Shown: one piece after another, positions 1 to 9,918 of the stretch
Layout: each line of letters begins with the position of its first letter
Position numbering within the stretch: position 1 is the first letter of the stretch
Assembly (NCBI GenBank): GCA_021734325.1
Contig: JAIPJF010000001.1
Span: forward strand, 88,232-152,231
Direction: 5' to 3'
From: Fidelibacterota bacterium
GTDB lineage: Bacteria > Fidelibacterota > UBA8477 > JABMPR01
DNA length: 64,000 nucleotides
The notes under the pieces: model-generated
What the model was told of the DNA's origin: nothing
The model's database searches: none
The model's input: the letters and a program-made list of their open reading frames with translations, nothing else
Position numbers and translations under genes: made by a program

Positions 1-635
1 TAAGCACCAGCCTTGAAATGTTGATAGGTATTGGGAGAAAAATGAGCTGATAGACCGGAAGCATCCGATGCGAAGAGTGAAAGTCTATAGCCTGTTGTCA
101 GCAATTCACTGGTTCCCGTGTAGTAGGGCACCGATGTATTATCATAAAAACGCAAAAGGCCAAGGTTTACGTACCATTTCTTGTTGGGATGGAATTCCAT
201 AAAGAGATTTTGCGTTTGCATATTCACAAAATCAGCTCCAAAGGCACCACCAAAGTTTCCTCCGGCACCATAATTGGCATCTCCCCAGGTCCAATCCAAC
301 TCAAAGGACATGCGCATGCGTGCCCAACCATCGAAAAGCCTGGGTGAATATGATAGCATTCCCAGAAAACGCTGTTCAACATAGTTCGCATAGCTATCGG
401 AATAACTTTTAGTGGTGTTCCCACCATAGAATCGACCGACAACCTGTCCCTTGAGAAATTCGTTGGTCGGGGCCACGTTGATGGCTTCATAACGGGTCAG
501 GTAATAACCGATGAAGCTAAGTTCATGTTTATCTCTGATGGTTTCTCGACCCTCTGGCCAGAAAGGTGTTGCCTGACCAAATGTAGCTCCACAGGCAACC
601 ATCAAGATGAAAGCGCGTACGAGCAATTGTTGCAT
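1..635 (-). CDS. Porin-like outer-membrane beta-barrel protein. Only about the first 211 codons are present; the gene runs off the left edge and is missing from the ORF track.
   Basis: Own translation of the minus strand from the ATG (complement of 633-635) gives MQQLLVRAFILMVACGATFGQATPFWPEGRETIRDKHELSFIGYYLTRYEAINV...WTWGDANYGAGGNFGGAFGADFVNMQTQNLFMEFHPNKKWYVNLGLLRFYDN... with no stop down to position 1. It has a signal peptide followed by Gly/aromatic-rich segments typical of OM barrels. It lies on the same strand, 60 nt downstream of the lipoprotein gene. Confidence 0.55.
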   Translation of the reverse strand, partial: MQQLLVRAFILMVACGATFGQATPFWPEGRETIRDKHELSFIGYYLTRYEAINVAPTNEFLKGQVVGRFYGGNTTKSYSDSYANYVEQRFLGMLSYSPRLFDGWARMRMSFELDWTWGDANYGAGGNFGGAFGADFVNMQTQNLFMEFHPNKKWYVNLGLLRFYDNTSVPYYTGTSELLTTGYRLSLFASDASGLSAHFSPNTYQHFKAGA

Positions 636-695
636 GCCTTACTCCCTGATTTTATACACTGGCGTTGTGAAACACAACGCCAGTGCTTACCTCAT

Positions 696-1181
696 TTAAT
701 TCTGACGGATATATGTCTGAATATTGCTTGTTCCCAAGGTTACATCTGCGCCAAAACCGGCAGCAACCGTTGGAACCGTCGCACCGATAGAGGGTGTTGT
801 CTGGACAGCTTCAAGTTTCAGTGTGTCTGCAACAATCTGAATGATGCCATCTTGTTCGAAAGCGGGATAAACCAGTTTTATGACATCGATATCAGAGTCA
901 GCAGATTCAGTAATGACATAGGTCCCTTCCAAGGTCGTCCATGCACCATCAAGTACGTGTGTCTCCAGCGTGACTGTATTGTCCTCTTTGAATTCTACTT
1001 TAACACTGTCATAATGGAAATAATATGATAGCAGGACTGCCACATTACTTCCAGAGCTTAACCAATTGCCAATCCAGGCATCAGCGACAGTATCATCGGG
1101 ACCGGTTGTCGTATCATCTTCACAACCGAGGACCAGGAATAGCCCCAGAATAACGAGGAATAAGATTGTAAAACGTTTCAT
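696..1181 (-). CDS. Hypothetical lipoprotein (161 aa)
   Basis: Signal peptide with lipobox: MKRFTILFLVILGLFLVLGC. Its start overlaps the stop of the upstream ligase gene by 4 nt (1178-1181). No recognisable catalytic motif. Confidence 0.6.
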   Translation of the reverse strand: MKRFTILFLVILGLFLVLGCEDDTTTGPDDTVADAWIGNWLSSGSNVAVLLSYYFHYDSVKVEFKEDNTVTLETHVLDGAWTTLEGTYVITESADSDIDVIKLVYPAFEQDGIIQIVADTLKLEAVQTTPSIGATVPTVAAGFGADVTLGTSNIQTYIRQN

Positions 1182-2704
1182 GTTGTTTTCTCCTTCTGTT
1201 GTTTATGCATTTCTATAAGTTTCTTACGATCCAGTTTGCCGGAATCATTGAGCGGCAATGCTTCGATCATCAGAACTTCTTTTGGAATCTTGTATTTTGC
1301 CAGAGATCCTAGACAGTATGCTTTTATCTCATCTATTTCAAATTTGCGGGGACCAACAATAAACGCTTTGCCAACCTCCCCCCATTTCTCATCAGGAATG
1401 CCAATAACCGCCGCTTCCTTGATCTCAGGATGTTGTACTAAAAGCGCCTCAATTTCAGCGGGGTAAACATTTTCGCCGCCACTGATGAACATATTCTTTT
1501 TGCGATCAACGATATAAAAATACCCGTCTTCATCCTTGCGAGCCATATCACCGGTATGAAACCAGCCATCTGTTATACTGGTCGATGTCTCCACGGGTTT
1601 GTTCCAGTAGCCCGGTGTGACAACCGGTGAATTCAAACATAGCTCACCAGGTTCATTTACACCCATTTCTACACCTGTTTCGTTCACGATCCGTGCGTCC
1701 ATATAGAAATTGGGGAATCCAATACTCCCCTGCTTTCTTATGGCTGCGTCCTGATTCAGGGAAAAGCAATTGGGTCCCACCTCAGTTAATCCATATCCCT
1801 GCCTGATGGGAATCCCCCGTTTATGCCAAACTTCAATTAATGGAATTGGCATGGGTGCACCACCAACAATGGCATAACGGATACTGGAAAGATCGGTTTG
1901 TTCAAATCTGGGTGAATCCATCAGCATCTGGAGCATGGTTGGGACACCGAACAGAATGGTGGATTTCTCTTTTTCAATAAGATCAAGGATTACTTCCGGA
2001 TCAAAACTCTCCAGAATCGTGTGGGAAGCTCCATGATGCAAGAAGGGTGTGAATAGAACATTCCACCCCCCTGTATGAAAGAGTGGACTGAAGGCCTGGG
2101 TATGATCGCTTGAATTGATATCTAGCCTTAACCCGGTATTGACTGCATTCCAGAATAGCATCTTATGGGAAATCATCGCTCCTTTTGGAAGACCAGTGGT
2201 TCCTGAAGTATAAAGGATCATTACCAGATCATTCTGTGTGATCTCAACTGGTGGTAGTTCCACCTCCACAGAATCCTTTTTTGGCTCCAGCAGTTCTGAT
2301 AAAGAGTCGATGTTCAGATTGCGGCAGGATTTTGATAAAGTAGTCAGCTGCCCTATCTGCTTTTCGTATTCCGCCTCAAAGTAGAGGACACTGGGATCAG
2401 CATCCTGGATCAGGATGTCCATTTCAGCCGGAGTCAATCGAAAATTAAGGGGCACCACAATCAGCCCCAGTTTGATGGCCGCAAAATACAGCAGGAAATA
2501 TTCCATACGATTCTTGGAATAGATCCCCAGGCGTTGTCCCTTTTTCAGGCCCAGATCACCATGTAAATGCCTTGCACAGTGCTCAGCTGCCAGATTGAAT
2601 TCACCGAAAGACCAGGACCGATCACTTTTATGCTCCCTGAGAAACATCTTCTCTGGTGTGAAATAGGCCCAACGGGCCAGCCAATCGTGAGCGTGCTTAG
2701 TCAT
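1178..2704 (-). CDS. AMP-dependent acyl-CoA synthetase/ligase (medium/long-chain type)
   Basis: Adenylate-forming motifs YTSGTTGLPKG, GYGLTE and WFHTGD...DRKK. I place the start at MTKHAHDW (2704) rather than the track start at 2743. This gives an 8-nt overlap (ATGACTAA) with the symporter stop at 2697. Confidence 0.85.
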   Translation of the reverse strand: MTKHAHDWLARWAYFTPEKMFLREHKSDRSWSFGEFNLAAEHCARHLHGDLGLKKGQRLGIYSKNRMEYFLLYFAAIKLGLIVVPLNFRLTPAEMDILIQDADPSVLYFEAEYEKQIGQLTTLSKSCRNLNIDSLSELLEPKKDSVEVELPPVEITQNDLVMILYTSGTTGLPKGAMISHKMLFWNAVNTGLRLDINSSDHTQAFSPLFHTGGWNVLFTPFLHHGASHTILESFDPEVILDLIEKEKSTILFGVPTMLQMLMDSPRFEQTDLSSIRYAIVGGAPMPIPLIEVWHKRGIPIRQGYGLTEVGPNCFSLNQDAAIRKQGSIGFPNFYMDARIVNETGVEMGVNEPGELCLNSPVVTPGYWNKPVETSTSITDGWFHTGDMARKDEDGYFYIVDRKKNMFISGGENVYPAEIEALLVQHPEIKEAAVIGIPDEKWGEVGKAFIVGPRKFEIDEIKAYCLGSLAKYKIPKEVLMIEALPLNDSGKLDRKKLIEMHKQQKEKTT

Positions 2705-4205
2705 TGGTGACTTCCTTGCTGAAATACAGAACAATAGATCCAATTAACAAGGACATGACGATGGCGATGGCTGCTGCCACACCTGGATTTTCACCAGTCG
2801 CCAGGGTAAAGGGAACTGGGATCTGACCATAGTACATGCTGAAATGAACAACGACAGCGGTCACACTCGCAGCGATGGCGGCATGAGCCGGTGTCTGTTT
2901 TGAGAACATGCCAAAAAGGATGGGGAAAAAGGCTGCTGCAAAAAAGGCATAGACGCCATTTTGAGCAAAGATGGCGACCGATAGTTTTGGGAAAAGCAGT
3001 TGCTGTCTGGATAAATATATGGATACAATGGCAAGCAGGACAATCACCAGGCGATTAATCTTTATCATCTCATTGTCACTGAGTGTCAGTCCTTTAAACT
3101 TTACCAAGGCTGGCTTGATCAGGTCATTGGTGATGGTGGTTGACAGACTTTGGATCAGGCCCTCAAGCGTGCTGAGACCCGCTGCAATCAGACCAAGGAT
3201 GACGATCAGGCCAATAAATACGGGAAACTCCTGAAGCACATAGGCCGGGATGATCCCATCCATCCTTAAAGCAGTTCCATTCACCAAAAGGTCTGGGAAA
3301 GCGATCCTGGCGTACAGTCCAGTGATGACCACACTGAAGAACAGTAGTTCCGTAACAACTGCGACAATTAAAAATTTATTTACACTTTTGTCATCCTTGA
3401 GAAGTAGACTTTTGGTAATAATGTGGGGCTGACAAACGATCGCCACACCAACGATTATCTGAACAATGCCAATCTCAAACCAGTCACGGAAAAGGAAGCT
3501 ACTTGTATTGGTGACACCAACCAGTTTCGGGTCGATAGTCGAAAGCTTATTCAAAAAACCGTGGATACCATCGCTGAAATGCTCATAACCGGAACCCAGC
3601 AGCAGGAAAGCCACCACGATCATAATGGATCCCTGGATGGTATTCGTGTACACCATGGAGTTCGCCCCACCAAACATCATGTATCCAAATATGAATATAA
3701 CGATACCCAGAAGCGCTGCTATTTCAGATATGGCCAAGGTGGAAGCTAAAACCTTGGTTAACCCTACAACAATAAGGACAATGAATGTGATCAGCAGCAG
3801 TGAGAGGAAAGCAAAGAACGTTTGATAGGCCTTGCTATGGTACCTTACCCCCATCCACTGCGCCAAAGTCATCACTTTTACTGTGGTACCATATTTCCGA
3901 AATCCCTTACTCAGGAAGACCAGGGAGACCATAGCAGCGATGGGCAATACCACGGCATAGGAAATAACGGCAGAAATTCCATACAGGGCGATAAAGCCAG
4001 GATTAATGATAAAAGTAGCTGCACTGGTCATTGAAGCCGCCAGTGAGATACCAACAGCTGCTGGTGAAAACAGAAACGAGCCCAACGCATAGTCCTGGAT
4101 GCTTTTTGTCTGGCGTGCCCCACGAATTACCAGGACAAGGATCCCAGCGACGAGCATGGCAAGAAAAATCCAACTATACAAAATCATATCTGCGTTTTGA
4201 TTCAT
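2697..4205 (-). CDS. Sodium:solute symporter family (SSF) transporter
   Basis: 502 aa, about 13 predicted TM helices. The N-terminal pattern (KSIQDYALGS...ASMTSAATFIINPG...LSKGFRKYG..T..QWMGVRY) is typical of the SSF/PutP-PanF family. Confidence 0.75.
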   Translation of the reverse strand: MNQNADMILYSWIFLAMLVAGILVLVIRGARQTKSIQDYALGSFLFSPAAVGISLAASMTSAATFIINPGFIALYGISAVISYAVVLPIAAMVSLVFLSKGFRKYGTTVKVMTLAQWMGVRYHSKAYQTFFAFLSLLLITFIVLIVVGLTKVLASTLAISEIAALLGIVIFIFGYMMFGGANSMVYTNTIQGSIMIVVAFLLLGSGYEHFSDGIHGFLNKLSTIDPKLVGVTNTSSFLFRDWFEIGIVQIIVGVAIVCQPHIITKSLLLKDDKSVNKFLIVAVVTELLFFSVVITGLYARIAFPDLLVNGTALRMDGIIPAYVLQEFPVFIGLIVILGLIAAGLSTLEGLIQSLSTTITNDLIKPALVKFKGLTLSDNEMIKINRLVIVLLAIVSIYLSRQQLLFPKLSVAIFAQNGVYAFFAAAFFPILFGMFSKQTPAHAAIAASVTAVVVHFSMYYGQIPVPFTLATGENPGVAAAIAIVMSLLIGSIVLYFSKEVTND

Positions 4206-4214
4206 GTTATGCTC

Positions 4215-5210
4215 CTACCAGATCCACGCTGAGCTGGCGAACGCCAGCCCTCCTCCTGATCCCATGAAAATGATCAGATCACCGCGTTTTAATTTCCCCT
4301 GATTATTGGCTTCATTCATGGCCATTGGAATGCAGGCAGAACCTGTATATCCATAAAGACCCATGACGGTTTGTGATTTATCCATTGAAAGACCCAATGC
4401 CTCCATGGTCGCACGAATACTGTTGATATTGATTTGAGTAAAGAAGATCTGTTTTACCTGGCTCAGTTCATGGCCACTGTCTGAGACAACCTTCCGAATC
4501 ATCCGTTCCCAGGTCAGGGGATTTAACTCCGGGGGGAATTTTTTCACAAACTTGAGTAAATTGTCTTTTTTTCCCAAAACAGTTGGGGTTACCGGTGATT
4601 TCACACCACCTGCGTAAATACCCATCCAATCGGCGTATTGACCCTCTGTGTGGAGTAGACCTCCAAGATGTCCTTGACCTTCAGGATCAGCCTGAAGGAG
4701 AACTCCTGAGGCAGCATCAGCGAACAATGTGACAGTTTTTTTGTCCTGTAAATTCAAGTAACGGGACATGCCGTAAGCACCGATTACGAGAATATTCTCA
4801 TATTGTGGGTCAGCCTGAATGTATTTGGCGCCCAGATCAATAGCGGTCACAAATCCGGCACAGGCTGCGTTCAGATCAAAGGTACCTGCTCCTGTCGCTC
4901 CAAGGCGATGTTGAATCAACGAGGCGGTAGACGGAGAAATGTATTCTGGTGTGTCTGTGGCGATGATGATCAGGTCCAGGTCACTTGGGTCAAGCCCTGC
5001 CTTAGAAAGGATCTTTCTCGCTGCAGATTCGATCAAATCGGCAACACTTTCTCCCTCTGAGAGCCAACGGCGTTCTTTTATGGTGAGATTTTCTTCCAGC
5101 CAGGTCGACACATTTTCGCCCAAAAGTTCATCGAAGTAGGCATTCGGCACGATCCGATCTGGAACAGCGGTTCCCGTTGCAATAATTCTGGCATTTCTAC
5201 GTATAGGCAT
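4215..5210 (-). CDS. KASIII (FabH)-like thiolase-fold enzyme with a non-canonical active site
   Basis: FabH-like over its full length (ATDTPEY.SPSTAS, FDLNAACAGF with the nucleophile Cys, C-terminal GSGGGLAFAS). The positions that align to E. coli FabH His244 (PHQAN) and Asn274 (GNTSAAS) read FTQIN and GYTGSAC. Confidence 0.7.
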   Translation of the reverse strand: MPIRRNARIIATGTAVPDRIVPNAYFDELLGENVSTWLEENLTIKERRWLSEGESVADLIESAARKILSKAGLDPSDLDLIIIATDTPEYISPSTASLIQHRLGATGAGTFDLNAACAGFVTAIDLGAKYIQADPQYENILVIGAYGMSRYLNLQDKKTVTLFADAASGVLLQADPEGQGHLGGLLHTEGQYADWMGIYAGGVKSPVTPTVLGKKDNLLKFVKKFPPELNPLTWERMIRKVVSDSGHELSQVKQIFFTQININSIRATMEALGLSMDKSQTVMGLYGYTGSACIPMAMNEANNQGKLKRGDLIIFMGSGGGLAFASSAWIW

Positions 5211-5971
5211 CAGGCGATCAAACCTCCATCAACTGAGATTGTCGTACCGTGAACAAATGAGGCCTCGTCCGAAGCCAGGAATGCATATACCGCTGCAACC
5301 TCGGCAGGTTCACCCAGGCGTTGCAGGGGTGCCTTTCCGGACATCATCTCGATCACCTTTTCAGGCATTTTCTTGACCATCTCCGTAGCAATAAATCCAG
5401 GCGCCACAGCATTTACGCGAATTCCCTTGCGACCCAGCTCCCTGGCCCATACCTGTGTCATCCCGATAACCCCGGCTTTTGAGGCAACGTAATTGGTCTG
5501 TCCAAAATTTCCGTAAAGTCCAACCACCGAGCTTGCATTGATGATCACACCGCTTCCCTGTTCGATCATGACACGAGCTGCTGCCTGACCACAAAGATAG
5601 ACAGCTTTAAGATTCACATTAATGACCTGATCGAAGGCAGAGCTTTCCATCTTGACCAGTGTGGCATCACGAGTGATCCCGGCATTATTGATTAAGATAT
5701 CAAGACGCCCATAGCGCGTCACAATATCTGCGACGGTCTCTGTAACAGCTTGCTCATCTGTGACATCCAGCGCTTTAAATTCCAGATTGTCTCCATATGA
5801 TTGAAATTGCTTTAATAATTCATTTCCCAAGGCTTGATCGATATCCCAGGCAGAGACTATGGCCCCTTCGGAAAGGAATCGCCCTACCGTCGCCATACCG
5901 ATTCCTGCTGCTCCACCGGTTATGATTGCTACCCTGTCTTTCAGTAAATCCATTCGCTCCCCTATTGCCAC
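5210..5971 (-). CDS. Short-chain dehydrogenase/reductase, 3-oxoacyl-(ACP/CoA) reductase-like
   Basis: TGGAAGIG cofactor motif, NNAG, and the catalytic S...YVASKAG (YxxxK). Shares 1 nt with the downstream KASIII-like gene. Confidence 0.85.
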   Translation of the reverse strand: MAIGERMDLLKDRVAIITGGAAGIGMATVGRFLSEGAIVSAWDIDQALGNELLKQFQSYGDNLEFKALDVTDEQAVTETVADIVTRYGRLDILINNAGITRDATLVKMESSAFDQVINVNLKAVYLCGQAAARVMIEQGSGVIINASSVVGLYGNFGQTNYVASKAGVIGMTQVWARELGRKGIRVNAVAPGFIATEMVKKMPEKVIEMMSGKAPLQRLGEPAEVAAVYAFLASDEASFVHGTTISVDGGLIA

Positions 5972-5983
5972 TCTGTTAGGCTG

Positions 5984-6457
5984 TCACTCAGCGTGTTCAT
6001 CTCGCCATTTCTCAATAAATCGATTCAGGTATTCTTGCATTTCCTTATTGAATTCCACCATTTCCTTCATGCGTGCTTTAAGACTTATCAGCTTTGGATC
6101 AGTTTTATTCTTAAGCAGGCGTTCAAAATCCCGGGCTAAAATCAGATTTCTTTTTAGCAGACTGGCCTGATTGATAAATGCCTGCAAAAATATCTGATCA
6201 ACTACCTGGTAATAATCCTTTCGATCGCCACCAACCCACACCCGTTTAACCAAACTATGATCTCGAAGTCGACGTAGAATCTGACTTACGGGTCCCTTGC
6301 TAACCTTCAGTTCTTCGGTCATCATATCCAAAGAAATGGGTTCCTCACTATAGAGGAGCAGTCCAATAATTCTGCCCATGAGGACGGGTAAACCAAAATC
6401 GTGATAGGCATCACCAAAACGGTTAACAAATTCTTCTTTAATTCGATCGGTATTCAT
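5984..6457 (-). CDS. GbsR/MarR-type winged-helix transcriptional regulator
   Basis: 157 aa. The pattern GLPVLMGRIIGLLLYSEEPISLDMMTEELKVSKGPVSQILRRLRDHSLVKRV is typical of the GbsR/MarR_2 HTH. It is the first gene of the minus-strand operon. Confidence 0.6.
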   Translation of the reverse strand: MNTDRIKEEFVNRFGDAYHDFGLPVLMGRIIGLLLYSEEPISLDMMTEELKVSKGPVSQILRRLRDHSLVKRVWVGGDRKDYYQVVDQIFLQAFINQASLLKRNLILARDFERLLKNKTDPKLISLKARMKEMVEFNKEMQEYLNRFIEKWRDEHAE

Positions 6458-6822
6458 AATTTTCTACGTTTGGTATTTTTCAAATATACAAAATGTATTC
6501 CGATCTGCAAGACTTCTCTTTAAACATTTTTTTTAAGCCCGATGATGAGAATTGGGCGTAGCTCTAGCATACAACCCTCAAGATATGAAAAAAAATACCC
6601 ACTCCTGTGTATCCCTCCCGGTAGAAAGGCTCACTTATTGAGCTAAAATGATTTTAAAAATAATTGTAAATGTTTGTTTGTTTTAAGTTTTCAGTGTCCA
6701 TATTGTGCCCAATTGCTGGGAAAGTCCAATTTATGGGACGGAAGTGCTTTTGACAAACGTATGTTGAAATGCCCAGCATGTAAAAAGCCACCATCGAGTG
6801 GTAGTTTAAGAAAGAGGTACAA

Positions 6823-7035
6823 ATGGCTGATCAATTAGTCAAGGGAGTAGTCAAGTGGTTTAATGATGCTAAAGGCTACGGATTTATCCAGCAGGAAAAT
6901 GGTCCAGATGTGTTTGTTCACTATCGTGCAATAAACGGCGAAGGACATGCGTCACTCAAAGAGGGACAAAACGTTACTTTGAACGTAACACAGGGCGAAA
7001 AAGGCCCCCAGGCAGAGAACGTTACTGCTGTATAA
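6823..7035 (+). CDS. cspA: Cold-shock protein (CspA family)
   Basis: 70 aa with RNP1/RNP2 motifs KGYGFI and VFVHY. RBS AAGAAAGAGG. It follows a long leader. Confidence 0.95.
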   Translation: MADQLVKGVVKWFNDAKGYGFIQQENGPDVFVHYRAINGEGHASLKEGQNVTLNVTQGEKGPQAENVTAV

Positions 7036-7055
7036 TTCTTTATAAGAATTGATTA

Positions 7056-7092
7056 AGCGCTGGGCTCGCAAGAGTTCCAGCGCTTTTTTTTA
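7056..7092 (+). terminator. Rho-independent terminator of cspA
   Basis: Stem AGCGCTGG...CCAGCGCT followed by a T-run of at least 8. Confidence 0.8.
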
Positions 7093-7150
7093 TCCTATCG
7101 TTAAATAGTTAGTACCACAAAATCGTTTTACTACCCAATCATTGTCAAAT

Positions 7151-7176
7151 AAAAAAAGGGAACCTCTCGGCTCCCC
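7151..7176 (-). terminator. Rho-independent terminator of groEL-groES
   Basis: The minus-strand RNA reads GGGAGCC-GAGA-GGUUCCC (one G-U pair) followed by U7. It lies 24 nt after the groES stop. Confidence 0.7.
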
Positions 7177-7199
7177 TCTTCAATTCAGAACAAACTTCC

Positions 7200-7469
7200 T
7201 TATTTCAATTTTGCCAGAATATCGCCTTGGGAAAGAATTAGATAATCCTTTCCGTCATAGCTTATTTCATCCCCGGCATATTTCCCGTACAGGATTTCAT
7301 CACCTTTTTTCAGGAGCTTTTTTAACTCCTCATCGTTTCCTACAGCAATGACAGTTCCACGGCGGGGTTTTTCCTTGGCTGTGTCTGGAATGATAATCCC
7401 AGAGGCAGTCGTCTGACTTTCAGCAGCGGGTTCCACCAGGACACGATCATCAAGAGGTTGTATTTTCAT
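7200..7469 (-). CDS. groES: Co-chaperonin GroES
   Basis: 89 aa. MKIQPLDDRVLVEP...ASGIIIPDTAKEKPRRGTVIAVG...GDILAKL is the classic Cpn10 pattern. Confidence 0.95.
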   Translation of the reverse strand: MKIQPLDDRVLVEPAAESQTTASGIIIPDTAKEKPRRGTVIAVGNDEELKKLLKKGDEILYGKYAGDEISYDGKDYLILSQGDILAKLK

Positions 7470-7515
7470 TGGTTTGCTTCCTTAAAATTGTCCACATTAA
7501 TTTATCATAACCTGC

Positions 7516-9150
<1,635 letters not shown>

Positions 9151-9203
9151 TCATCTTCCTCGTTTGACTATTTGTTTGGTTATTAACATTCGCAGTGTCT
9201 ATC

Positions 9204-9218
9204 ACAAGAAGCATGCCA
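9204..9218 (-). promoter_or_regulatory. -24/-12-like element upstream of groEL (TGGCAT-N5-TTGT)
   Basis: The minus strand reads TGGCATGCTTCTTGT, about 55 nt upstream of the groEL ATG. It matches sigma-54 spacing, but the -12 dinucleotide is GT rather than GC. A sigma-70-like alternative, TTGTGA-N16-TAATAA, overlaps it. Confidence 0.3.
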
Positions 9219-9236
9219 TGACAGCTTGTCTGTCAT
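9218..9236. repeat. Perfect inverted repeat ATGACAG-N5-CTGTCAT (candidate operator in the groEL/hsp20 divergent region)
   Basis: Read directly from the sequence. It abuts the TGGCAT element. TGACAG recurs near 9304 and at 10699-10704. Confidence 0.4.
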
Positions 9237-9420
9237 TCTGGCTTATATTTGACTCAAACACCAAGATTATTAGAATAATATGACCATTCTTATATTGAAA
9301 ATGACAGAAACACCAATTCTGGACTTTCAATATGGCAGAGAAATTCAAATGGCATAATTTTTTAAATCTTGGTTCTGGAATGATGATGAATTACAAAAAA
9401 AATAGAAAGGAGGATTCATC

Positions 9421-9846
9421 ATGAGTTTAGTCAAAGTAAGCAGACCCAGCATGCCAAGTCTAGTCGATGATATGTTTCGTTCCTTTTTTGATGAACCTGC
9501 ACACTCAGGCAGTGATACCTGGCGCCCTGCAATGGATGCCAGGGAACTTGAACAGAGTTATGAGATCAATTTCTCAATGCCGGGGTTTAAGAAGGATGAG
9601 ATCCATGTCTCCATGAACAACAACACACTCACAGTGAAAGGTGTCCATGAAGATAAAAAAGCAGAAAATGGCAGCAATTATCTGTACCGTGAAATTGCTT
9701 ATGGAACATTTGAGCGTTCACTCTATCTACCTGAGAATGTGAATGGTGACAAGATCGAGGCCAGCTATGAAGACGGCATCCTGCATCTGAACATTGCAAA
9801 GAAAAAGGAAGCTCTGCCAAAAGAGATCGAAGTAAAGGTGAAATAA
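9421..9846 (+). CDS. Small heat-shock protein (Hsp20/alpha-crystallin family)
   Basis: 141 aa with an alpha-crystallin domain (PAMDARE..., FSMPGFKKDEIHVSM, GTFERSLYLPENV, ASYEDGILHLNI). Strong RBS GAAAGGAGG. Confidence 0.9.
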   Translation: MSLVKVSRPSMPSLVDDMFRSFFDEPAHSGSDTWRPAMDARELEQSYEINFSMPGFKKDEIHVSMNNNTLTVKGVHEDKKAENGSNYLYREIAYGTFERSLYLPENVNGDKIEASYEDGILHLNIAKKKEALPKEIEVKVK

Positions 9847-9867
9847 ATAATTTCATCCTTTATGAGA

Positions 9868-9898
9868 GAAGGGGTCCATCGGACCCCTTCTTTTTTTT
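9868..9898 (+). terminator. Rho-independent terminator of hsp20
   Basis: Stem GAAGGGGTCC-ATC-GGACCCCTTC followed by T8. Confidence 0.85.
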
Positions 9899-9918
9899 AG
9901 CTCGATATCTCCTATTCT

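Noticed and set aside
6674-6838. Small CxxC...CxxC zinc-ribbon-like frame (..QCPYCAQLLGKSNLWDGSAFDKRMLKCPACKKPP..) in the cspA leader
   Set aside because: The only long version needs a TTG start with no RBS, and the ATG version is only 25 aa. The frame overlaps the cspA RBS and start codon. It is more plausibly part of the long structured cspA 5' UTR. It could be revisited with ribosome profiling.
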